A DNA stretch of 64,000 nucleotides from Caecitellus pseudoparvulus. Its lineage: Eukaryota > Protista > Bigyra: Bicosoecida. The notes below the pieces were generated by a model that searched no databases, was not told the DNA's origin, and worked only from the letters and a program-made list of their open reading frames with translations. Below, piece after piece: positions 36,001-47,200 of the stretch. The translations under genes and the position numbers were made by a program. The DNA lies in contig CBFFRQ010000017.1 in assembly GCA_965644315.1 (NCBI GenBank), forward strand, positions 124,001-188,000, given 5' to 3'. Each line of letters opens with the position of its first letter. Position 1 is the first letter of the stretch.

Positions 36001-38723
36001 ATGGCATCACAAGGTTTGTCGCCGCTGCTGACTCGCCCTGATCCACACGTGCCCCCCTCAATCGCTGCTTACGTCTCGCTTCGCAGGGGTACGCTTGTCC
36101 GGGTGGGCGTTGCCACAACGCGAAATTTTGTGTCACGTGCGTTTCTCCGCTCCTTGTGCAGAGCACTTTCCCTACGCTGGAGCTGGCCGTCGCCGAGAAG
36201 GAGGAGCCCCGCAAGAATGGCCAGGCAGTGACAACCCAAAATGTTCGCCAGGTGGACGCGAACAGTGTCACGGTGGCCCTGGGAAGCGGCGCACCGTTCC
36301 GCAAGGTGACCTACAAGCTCACACAGGCGTCGTTCTCGGTGTTTGGCAGCAGTGAAACAGTCGTTCAACACAGTGACTGTCTGGACTTGACCAAGGATGA
36401 AAGCCTGGAGTACACCTTCCACGAGTTGACGCCGTCCAGCCAGTACACCGTGACTGCTGAGCTCACTCAGCCGACCTCTGCCACGACAGAGGAGGTCCGC
36501 CGCCTGCAGGCCACCTTCACCACCCTCTCAGACAGCGAAGGCCTTGCGCTGCGGGCGGAGCGGGCTGAGGGCAGGCTGGCCGCACACGAGGCTTCGAAGC
36601 AAAGCGGTGCCGCCTCGGCGACAGCGCTGCGCGCTGCTCTGGACCAGGAGATGAACCTGCGTGCCGGGGTGGAGGAGCAGCTAGTCGCACAGCGCAAGGC
36701 TGCGTCCTCCGCAGCCTCAGAGCTGCAGCGGTCTCAGAAGCACATGGAGATCATGAAGGCGGAGGCCAGCACGTTTCGCCGCACGGTGGAGGAGTTGGAG
36801 GGCGCGCGAGCGGACATGCTGTCAGGCGTGGCGGAGGTGTGCGACACAGACCCCCGCCCAGACCTGCCCACCGCGCTGCAAGACCTGACTGAGACTGTGC
36901 AGCTGCTGCGTGCAGAGTTGGACGACAAGGAGGCTGTGGTGCAGGACCTCACCCGCCAGCTGGAGGAAGCCAAGGACAGCATGGCTGCCACGCGCGAGGC
37001 ATCAGCTCAGCGGCAGGAGGATGCTGCAGCTGCTGTGGCTGGCCTGGAAGAGAAGCTGCAGGCGGCGCAGTCCGAGTGCACAGAAGTGCGCACAGCGCTG
37101 CAAGAACAGGTGCAGGAACTTCAAGGCTCCTTGGCAGAGAGCAAGCGTGAGCTGGAGGCGCAGACTGCGAAGCTGGCAGAGGCGAAGGCGGAGTTGGCCA
37201 GCTACGAGCAGCGCCAGCAGCAGGTCACATCTGAGCTGTCAGACATGCAGCAGCTGCTGAAGGAGGCCAAGGAGGAGGCCAGCAAGCACCTGGTGCGGGC
37301 GGAGAGCAGCGAGGCTGAAGCCGTGCACGCGGCTGCTGTTGCGGAGAGGGTGGAGGGCCTGCAAGCCCGCATCGCTGAGCTGACAGCGGAGCGGGATGCA
37401 GCGCAGGCCGCCCAAGCCGAGGCAGCTGACAGCGCCAAGAAGGACGCGGCTGAAGCAGCCGCCGCTGCGTCTGGGCGCATCGAGGAGTTGCTGGCTGCAG
37501 TGGAGGCTGCTGACCAAGCCAGGGCTGGGTGCGACAAGCGCGTGACGTTCCTGGAGGGCCAGCTGCACGCCCTGAGCAAGGAGGGGCGAGACGTCCTGCG
37601 CAGCCTGCGGTCCATGGCTGTCAGCGTGGGCATCACGAGCCCTGTCCCCGTCACTGTGAACACTGGCGTGCTCCCTGCAGTGGCCGCCCGCGTTGAGGCT
37701 GCCCTGGCAGAGCTCTGCGCGTCCATGGAGGCAGAGGAGGTGGACCTGGGCGGGCAAGTGCCCGGCACGCCAGCCTCCCCCGTGCGCACGTCCTCCGCAG
37801 ACTCCGGTGTCAGGCTGAAGGAGTGCATCCAGGCGGCCCAGGCAGCCATGCGGCGCAACGCCGCCGGGCTGGCGGCGGCACAGGAGAAGCTGGCGGCCAG
37901 CGAGGCTTCCCAGCGGGAGCTGCGTGCCGAGATCGCCGAGCTGCGGGAGGCTGTCGTGACCAAGGAGGCACAGCTTGTCAGCGCGGCCAAGGCTCGTGTG
38001 GAGCAGGAGCACGCCGCGGCTGACGTGGACGCTTTGCGCAGCGAGGTGGCTGCTGCCAAGCAGGAGGCCGAAGACATCCTGCGCGCCAAGAAGAGGCTGG
38101 AGCGCGAGCAGGGCACGGCGGTCCTGCACAACGCCGAGCTGGAGGAGCAGCTGCGGTCCACGCAGGAGGAGGTCATGGCGGTGAACAAGGCCAACGCTGA
38201 CCTCCGCGGCGAAGTCGCAGCCTTGCGCCTGCACCAGTCACCGGGGCACGCGGGTGCCGAGGGGTCAGTGCGCGAGAGCTCGGAGGTGGCGGTGCTGCGG
38301 GCCCAGCTGAAACAGGCAGAGGAGGAGGCGAGTGGCATTGCCCAGCAGCTGGCTGCTGCAGAGCTGGAGCTGAACACGTGCACGGCTAACTTGGCCAGCC
38401 AGAAGTCCCAGCTGCAGTCCAAGGATTCCGTCATCGCGGAGCTGCAAGAGCAAGTGCGGGTCATGTCGGCAGAGGTGGAGGCCCATCGCGCCAGCCTGGA
38501 GAGCGAGGCAGAGAAGGCGGCAGCCGAGCACCGCTTGGACAAGGACGTCATCCTCAAGGTGGCCAACGTCACGTGCAGCCCCATTGCGCAGGCTGTCAAG
38601 GCCCTGCTGGGCACGCGCGGCGACGCCAGCGCGGCGGTCATGGACTTGCTGGGCAGCACACACGTCGCCACGCCTGCTGCGTCGGCTGTCCCAGTGCAAG
38701 GCGGCGGCCGGGGCGGGCATTGA
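36001..38723 (+). CDS. Coiled-coil protein with an N-terminal FN3-like beta domain; 5' exon structure uncertain
   Basis: 855-aa ORF 36156-38723. YTFHELTPSSQYTVTAEL resembles the FN3 LxPxxxY motif and is followed by about 700 aa of heptads. Possible short upstream exons from ATG 36001. Confidence 0.65.
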
Positions 38724-38784
38724 AATGCATTGCTGGGCTCTCAACGCTCGACACAGACATTCTCAAAGCTCTTCGTGTGCGCCG

Positions 38785-39480
38785 TCACCTGGCGAACTCC
38801 TTGGCGCCCTTGTACGACTGCTCGGTGCCGCGGTCAACGCCAGCCCAAGTCTTCTGCACGCTGTCCTCGCCAAACACGTGCCTGTTGGTGGTGTCCAGGG
38901 CGTGCCACCAGTCTCCCCGGGCCTCCTTGCTCTTCGTCCACTCAGCAGCTTTGTCCTCGTCAGCGTAGAGCTCTGTGGATCGCTTGGACGCGTTCACCCT
39001 GCGAAGCGCCGGGTGTGCCAGCGTGATGCCCTGCCCAGCTGATTGGCGCATCTGCGCGGCATCACGCACTTGACTGTGGGCTCCCACATCAGCATCTGGC
39101 TGCCCCTCCAGGTGGCAAAGGTGACTGCGAGGAAGGGACAAAGGCTTGCGTGCTGGCGTTGCTGGCAGCTCGACGGCGAGGCACTTGCCAGGCTGGCTCG
39201 GCCAGCTGATGCCCGGCGTGGTGGCCAGCCGCATCACTCACCAACGCCACCGACGAGCAGGACCAGGGGGGTTGCCTGCGCAGCAAGGCAAAGAGGATGT
39301 GAAATTAAGCATAGGTATCTGTTTTTCATACCCAGGAAGGCTGCAGGTGCGCTTCTGGGCTTCTGGACAGCACTGCGTGGCCAGTGCCCAAGCCAGCGTT
39401 TCGCGGCGCACATCACTCACCTCCCACACGCTGGCAAACGCGCGCTTTGTGTTAGAGCCGGCGTTAATGACGCGAACCAT
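38785..39480 (-). CDS. NDUFA4/B12D-like small mitochondrial membrane protein (4 exons, about 120 aa)
   Basis: Spliced product MVRVINAGSNTKRAFASVWE|ATPLVLLVGGV|VTFATWRGSQMLMWEPTVK|VNASKRSTEL...: an ExxPL + TM helix + PxVxxxxxxR pattern as in NDUFA4/B12D. All three introns are GT-AG. Confidence 0.65.
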
Positions 39481-40181
39481 GATTAATCTGCAGAAAGGCA
39501 GGGGTTTGTCTCGTGGCGGGCTGAGTGGAGCCGCGATAGGGCGCCCGTGCGGTGCAGCGTGTGATGCCAGCTTGATGTGGTTTGAGCAATGGTGCTCAGG
39601 ACGCACAGTTTAGGTGAGGGGTGTTGCAGGGAGTCGGGACAAGTCTGTGATGACTTTAAAACTTGTTTATGAAGTACTTGCTTGGGATTAGGGTGGTGAG
39701 TGCGGCTTGGTTGATTTGGCACGGGCCGGGCAATTGGGAGGTGGTCTAGAACCCCCCTTCGAAGGCGATTGCCCCCCCCCCCTGGCGCTGGAGAGGGCCA
39801 GTGCGCACTACAAGGAGCGGCAGCAATGCAGGAAGGTGTCTTTCAGGCTACTGTATTCTGTTCCCTGCGAGGGGAGCAGCAGCATGAAGCTGTGACGTCG
39901 CGGCCGTTGTGACTTGTGCCCCATTCGCCGTTGCAAGGGCGCCACAACCCGCGCATGTGCTCGAGGTACGTTCTTTTACTTCTCCCTGCCACATCAAAAC
40001 CCTTCCAGATACTGCTCACTGACCGTTCTGTACGCCTCTGTCTTTCCCACCCGCCATCCGCGCCACCACATCCAACTGCAGGGGCGCGTTTCGCCACCCC
40101 TCCTGCGCAAGCTGCCAACGGGCTTCCCGTCGGCTCGTGTGGGCTTCCTTCTTGGCAGGAGACCCCCCCCTGCTTCGCAGC

Positions 40182-40917
40182 ATGGCAGCAGCGAGTACAG
40201 GGCGCGCGTTTGCCCAGCAGCTGTTGGCAAAGCAGTACAAAGGTGCGTGCGCATGCACGCTGTTTGGGCTGGCGTTTCAGTTGTTGCAGCGCAGGGCGTC
40301 CACGCTGCTGCAGAGCTGACGACGAACCCTCCTGAGGGAATCCACGTGGGATTGAAGGACGAGGACCTGTTCCACTGGACTGTCATGGTCATCGGCCCCC
40401 CTGGGACTTACTAGTGCGTGTCCTGCGTCATGGCCTGCCAAGTACGGACGGGGCTGGTGCATGGCTGGGCACCGTCACACCCCGCCACCCGGCTCCCGCA
40501 GCAACGAGGGCATGTTCAGGTGCGAGCTCACGTTCCCCGACGACTTCCCCAACATGCCTCCTGCCATGAAGTTCCTGGACGAAGTGTGGCATCCCAACAG
40601 TGCGTGTCGCGCGCCGCCTCGCCGCCTCCGCCTTTCCCACGCGAGCCCCGCCCACTGCAGTCTACCCGGACGGCAAGGTGTGCATTTCCATCCTGCACCC
40701 CCCTGGCGTGGACGAGATGAACGCCCAGGAAACGGCGGAGGAGAGGTGGCGCCCCATTCTTGGCGTGGAGGCGGTGCTCATCTCCGTCATCAGCATGCTG
40801 GCCGACCCCAACATCGAGTCGCCAGCCAACATCGACGCCGCAACGCAGTTCAGAGATGACAAGAAGGGCTTCCGGCGCAAGGTCAGGCGGTGTGTGGCCA
40901 AGACTCTGGAGGAGTGA
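40182..40917 (+). CDS. Ubiquitin-conjugating enzyme E2, UBE2G/Ubc7 class (4 exons)
   Basis: [41 protein letters not shown] (catalytic Cys), plus the acidic-loop insertion and ERWRPI typical of UBE2G/Cdc34. Confidence 0.92.
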
Positions 40918-41290
40918 CGACCCGCACATGCAAGCGCTGCATCGGCGCCCTTGAGGCCGCTGCACGGCACAGTTGCACCAGGATGCCACTTTCCGTGGTT
41001 GACTGCAAGCAAAAAGTGTCGTGCCAGAATACACTGTAGAGATCGCACGACCTGCTCAGCACCAGCCACACGTGCGCTGAGCAAGCGGGGAAGTTTTGAG
41101 GGTTGGCAAGCCTCGCCAGTGGCTTCGCCAGGGGCTTCAAAGTGCACCTGTAGACCCGCCAGACGCCTGTTTATGAATCTGGGCAGACAACTTCCACTTT
41201 GCGCTGCCGGCGTCCGCGTTCCTCGCCGTACACTGACTTGAGCGCCTGCTGGCTGCTGGGGCTGTGAAACACCAGTGAAACGCAGGCAAC

Positions 41291-44200
41291 ATGGACACTG
41301 TGTACGGCTTCGTTGACCGCATGTTCCAGGCCATGGACTTGCGGAACCCTTTGATGAAGGGTGTGCTGTACTATCTCCAGTCTAACCCCATCATCAGCAG
41401 GTACTTGGACCTGTCCAGGGCAACGCCAGACCTGGCACTGGACCGCGGCGAGGAGGCAGGGGAGATGCGCATTCGCAACATCACCCTGCGCGCGGAAGCC
41501 CTGGAGCAGTTCAAGCTGCCCATCACTCTGTTGGACAGCCATGTCGGCAGCCTGGACGTCCGCCTGCCCGACTCGTACTTCGGCACCTTCACAGACCTGC
41601 TGCTGGGCGGTGAAGGGGAGGCGCTAAAAACTGCCCTCGTGCTGAACGGCATCAACATCACCATCGCCCCCCGGGACAACCTGGAGGGTGCTGTGGCGCG
41701 CGGTGCTGGCGAGAAAGCATCCGAAGCCAGCGGCCTCACGCCCTCCCAGCGTGTGGACGCGCTCATGTCAGCGGCCCAGGTGGACAAGCTGCGCCGGCTG
41801 GGGCTGGACAAGGACTCAGAAGACGAAGAGCTGACCATCAGGGCCGTGGCCGTGCTCACTCAGCGCATGACCATCCGTGTGCACCAAGTGCACATTCGCT
41901 ACGTGGACACGGTCACACGCCCCGAAGCGCCGTTCGCTCTGGGCATCGTCATGCAGGAAGCACAGGGGGGGCCGCTGCTGGACGTGGTGCGGGCTGCTGC
42001 CAAGGCTGGCGACGCGGCAGCAGCGGCGGTGCAAGCTGCGTCACCTGCCCACCCGGGTGATGCCGCATGCCAGGCTTTTTTGGACTCACCAGAGTGGATG
42101 GCGGCCATGCAGCCCCCGCAGGTAGGGCTGGCTGACCGCCTGCGCACGTCGCAGCGCAAACTGGCCACCTTGCAGGGCCTGGGCGTGTACCTTCAGCAGC
42201 TGCCTTCGCAAGGTGCGCCCACGGGCCCAAGTGGCGGCCCTGTGGAGGAGGACCCGCTGCCTCCAGAGTTTTCCTTCGTCAACGCCGCACTTGAGGACAC
42301 CCCCGTTCGGCAGCGGGATTGGGTTCTGCATCCGCTCTCTGCCCGTGCGGCGTACACGGTGCAGGCTGGCCAGCTGTTTTCCAGGCACTGCCCCCCCGCG
42401 CAAAGGGCGGTCGTACACATCCCTCGGCTGGCACTGTCCATGTCAGAGGCGCAGCTGCACAGTGCCTGCGTTGTGGCGGCGTACTTGCGAAATTACCGCC
42501 TCCACAGCAAGTACTCCGACTGCTGGGAGTCTGCGCAGCAAGTTGCAGCGGCAATGGGCATCCACCGGGCGACTTTTTTCCCGCTCGCTGCGCTGTGGGA
42601 GCACGCCAAAGGCCGCCCTGAGGCGTCCTTGCACCGTGCGAAGTTGTACCACGCGAGTGTCAGCCAAGTGTTTGCCCGCTTTCTGCCACAGGAGGTGGTC
42701 AGGGTTGCCAGTCTCCGGCATAGTGCCCGTGGCACCGCAAGGACCACCCTCGCAGCACTGGTGCCTGCCCCACTCCCCGCCGCGCCAACTGCGGGTCACC
42801 TGCACGACTGGGCAGAGCACATGCGCGCCTTTCTCGAGGCGGCTGAGCAAGGCGGCGGGCGCCAGGAAGGAGCTGTCAGTCTGGGCAGCTCTTCTGCTGC
42901 GGCAGCAGGCGCCGCGTCGGGGGTCGGAACGCCAAGTACTCCAGCGTCAGGCCAAGCGTTTCCGTCAGAGACATCTGCTTCACCAAGTCGCTTGCTCCGA
43001 AGGCAGGCCTCCACAAAGATGCTGGATGAGGCGCTTCAAATGGACTTGGCGAAGTGCACAGCACCACCAGATGTCTTCGCCACGTGCATGGAGGCATTCA
43101 GAGCCAGGGTGCGGCGAAGTCTCCTGGCGAGGCAGCGGTGGGCGTTTGCTCAGCGGGCAGTTGTGGGGGATTTGCGGCGGCAGGGCCAGCGCGTGCGCAG
43201 CAAGCTGGCTTCCAGACTGCGACGGCAGGGGCGAGGAGCTGCCTCTGGCGTGTCGGGCACCCATGAGTCTGCGCGCTTTCACACCCTGCAGGCTGTGACG
43301 CTGGGGCCGTCGGGACTCCGACTGAGCATGGTGGAGGCGCTGTGGGGACCACAGTACGTGGCCGCCTTCAAGTTGCTCTTCCGGCGCAAGCTTGGGCAGG
43401 GCGGCATGCTCATCGATGGCGTGGTGCTCCCCAGCTTCAGCATCATTGAAGTCGCCCGGCCGCAGCCTGGTGAAGCGCATGTGAAGGGGACCTCCCCATT
43501 CATCACGACTCCGTTGCCGGGCGAGCCAGCAGAGCTGCCCTTGTCATTCCGCCTCGAAGCAGGGCAGCTTGTTGCATGCCATCGGAGCGCTGGGCAGCAG
43601 GGCATCCCCATTTCCGTGAATGCGTCCCCCACTGCATTTGATGGCGAGCTGTTGGTGACTTGGGTGGAGGACGTGCCTGCGAAGACCCTGCCGCCACACA
43701 AGGACAAGGATCTGAAGTGGCAGCCATCCACATCGTCGCAACTTGCACGGAGCAAAGCAGAAGACACGATCAACTTCCTCGACAGACATCTGTCGGCGGA
43801 GAACCTCCTGCGGTACCGCCGGGTCGCCCACGCAGAGTTGCAGCTGGAGAACTTCTTGCTCAAGTTCCGCGAGCACCAGCGCCAGGAACTTCGAAGGGTT
43901 GCTGGGCAGCAGAGCGCCTGCTTTCCATCGCTCTCATGTGCGGGATCCCCACGCGCAGCCGAGCCAGGGGAAGCAAGCGCGAGCGTGGACAGTGCCGTCA
44001 GCAGAGAGCGCCTCACGCGACTCGTAGCAGTTCCAGTTTACACGGGAGAAGCTATTCGCGCCTTGCAGCGCAGCCAAGACACTCTGAATCGATTGCAAAG
44101 TTCTTCATCGGAGCCAAAGTCGGAGGAACGGGACAGGCAAGCCGCCATTGACGACACTCTCCGCCGCATGCACGAGGCGGAGCTGTCCGAGCCCAGGTCC

Positions 44201-47200
44201 CCGGCGCAGCTGCACCCCCTTTCACTGTACACCCACCAACTGCACACCCCATCTCTGGATGGCGAAGCTTTCCTTCAAGCTGTCAGCCAGCAGCGCGACG
44301 GCGACTGCTTTGCAGAGACGCTGGCCGCGTTGCTCCCGGGCGGTTCTGGCACCCCGCAAGTTCCCGGGCCGGCTCAACGTGCCCTGCTGCGCGCCGCGCT
44401 TCGTCGAGCGCAGATCCCGCTGGGCTTTGCGCTGACACTTCCTCAACCTGGACTGCAACCCGCTCCACCAGCGTATGGATTCATCTCGTCTCTCTTTCTC
44501 ACACAGCGCCCGGTCCTGTGGGCCTCAGCTGCGTCTGCTCAGCTGCCGCTTCCCGCACCCTGCAGCACTTCATCGCAAGACAGCGAAAAGCGTGGAACCG
44601 TCATTCTGCGCATTCAAGCCAGGGACGCAACGGAAGAACAGCTGCACACGGCTCGACAGGTCCCTGTCGCAAGTAACACCTGGTCGGGCCTTGCGCCAGG
44701 CGGGGCTTGTGTGGGCTTGGCTTCTGAGTCCTCAGGCCTGCTCACGTGGATGTCCGAAGCAGTCCTGGCACATGAAGCTTGGTGTGAGGAGCCAGTTCTT
44801 CGCTCTCGCTTGGCGCGCTGCATTGTGTGCCCCACACAGGGGCTGAATAGTGCCCACGCTTCGCTGCACACGACTGGGACTGCCGAGGTGCAGCACATCT
44901 CATTCGGTCGTTTTCGTGAGCCCCCGATGGCACCAAGTGTCCCAGCGCACCTGGATCACGTCGGGCACCTCCCGTCTGAGCACCTCTTTGCGTATGCGTC
45001 CCTTCTCACGGAACAGGACAAACAAGGGCTTGCGACTCTGCTGCCCCTCACCAGCCTCGATGACCCAGCGCTTCTCGACGTTGACGACAAGACGTTGCCT
45101 TGGAGCTACGTCCTGCGCCACGCACATGTACGCTGTACAGAGGCATCCGTGTCCCTGTCCCTTTCCTCTCGAGCCGGCCCGAGCGGCGGTGTTGCGGGCG
45201 GCGCCATGCCAACCTGGCGACAGGCACAGGCCGCCCCGTTTCTTGCAGCGAGGTTGCTGGACGCCAAGCTCCTGGTGCAGCAACTTAAGGCACAGCACTT
45301 GCGAGGAAAGGTGTCGGTAGCAAGCATCGAGGTCGAGCAGGATGCGTCAGGACTCCGCATGCGGCACGAACGGCCTGTCTGGGATGCGCTTCAGACTGCG
45401 GTAGAGCAGGATGGCGGGTCCTTTGCGTCGGCGGTGGGGCGCATTAAGTCCACAACTGCTGCACTGGGGCCCTCCAGCCCTACCGAGCAGTTGCTGGCAA
45501 CCTTGTTTGCGATCGTGGACCCCCCCGAGGCATCTGCAGTCCACAGCCGCCCTCCTTGGCTGTTGCCGCGTGACACCTGCCAGCCCTGCCACAACCCACC
45601 TCCTTCACCCTGGGAGGGCACCTCTTCACTGCTGAGTTGGCTGTGTGCTTACATTCGCTTCTTGCTCAAGCCACCTTGCGGCGAAGCCCCCGCCTTGACG
45701 CCTGCTGTCTTGCTTACGTTGTGGATGAGTGCCCATTCCACTGCTCTGCCTAGTGCAGCATTACCACGAACTGTCCTTGCGTTGGAGGAAGCTTGCCAAG
45801 TTGAACCACCTACGCTGTTCCAACACGCCCCGCCCACGATAAGGGGCTCCCGGCCCGACTCCCCCTTTGCGCTATTTCTCCACAAGCGGGTGTTACAGCG
45901 CCTGCTCACCGGCACGCCACCCGCGCAGGATCTCCGGGAGCTGCAAGTGGGGGAGTTGTCACGTGCGCACCAAGTGGCTGCCTGGATGCGGGAAACCGTG
46001 CAGCACGCTCACAAGGAGGCAATCGCAGATTTTTTCTCCGGGTGCCCATCGTTTGATGCGATTCTCCTGGACGATGAGTTCGTTCAGTACCTATTTGCGT
46101 ACGCGAGCAGCGTTGCGGAGCACGAGGAGGAAGCCCACGACGTGGTCCCGCCCCAAGCCCTAGCTCCGGCGCTGCGGTTTTGGAGGGATTTGATGCTGCT
46201 TGAGCGGGGTTTGAAAGTCCATGCGAACGCGCAGCTACAACCGGTGTGTGCCCTGCTTACTTCCCACCAGGAGACGGTTCAGTACGTGAAGGCTCTCTTC
46301 GCGGGGTACGTGGGTGGCACGGCAGTGAGCCAGACCACCCAAGCACATCAGCCGGTCACGCAGCCTGCAAAGCCTTCCTGGTCCACGTGGCTGTGGGGGA
46401 CTGGAGTCGCCGCTCCACGTCTTTCCAGTGCGCAAGGCCCCATGTCCACGGGCCACCTCACGCCACTGGCAGCCTGGCTTGGCAAGTCGGAGGATGGTGA
46501 GAGTGCCTTGAGGTCCCTCAGCGATCACCTGTGGGGTTCTGCCGATGAGGTCCGGGCGACGACTTCATCTGGTCCCAGCGCCCTCCTAGGGCACCAGCTT
46601 GTGTCAGAATGGTGTCGGCCGCTGCACAACTTGCTGCGTCGGCTGTTGGATGTCCACTTGCTCCCGCGGTTCGTCGCCGACACCTGGCATCCAGAGCATG
46701 GCTGTTTCCGGCAGCTGGAGGCAGCCATTGCGCCGGGCGCACTCCTGCAAGGGGTAGCCCGTGCAAAAGCAGGCAAGCTGGCGACGGCTTGTGGGGCACT
46801 GAACAGCCTGCATGCTCGCCAACGACCTGACATTCTGCCAGGGCTCATGTGGGGCGGAGCCCGGCTTCGCGTTCAAGACGACGGCGGCTGGAAAGACGCC
46901 GCCCAGTTTTTGTCCCTCTCTGTCTCAGGGATGGCAAGCGACCCAATTCCTGCAGTCAATCTGCACTTTGAGCACTGCAAGACTGGAGTTCCGGCCGAGC
47001 AGTACTCTGGACTGTCCAGCCCGCGCACGCCTGCCCAGGAGAGTGACATGCAGCGGCACGAGCTGGAAATTTTACAGGAGCAGTTGACTGAGCTGCCTCG
47101 CATTGAACCTTTAACATCTGAGTTCGGCTTGGGGCGGGTGCTTGTGGAGGGTGCTGCTGCGATGTTAGCGTGGGAATCACAGGAGGGCGCGGCGTCCGGG

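Noticed and set aside
39680-39700. TTAGGG telomere-like or telomerase-template-like motif
   Set aside because: A single hexamer without tandem copies or a 1.5-repeat template, compatible with chance.
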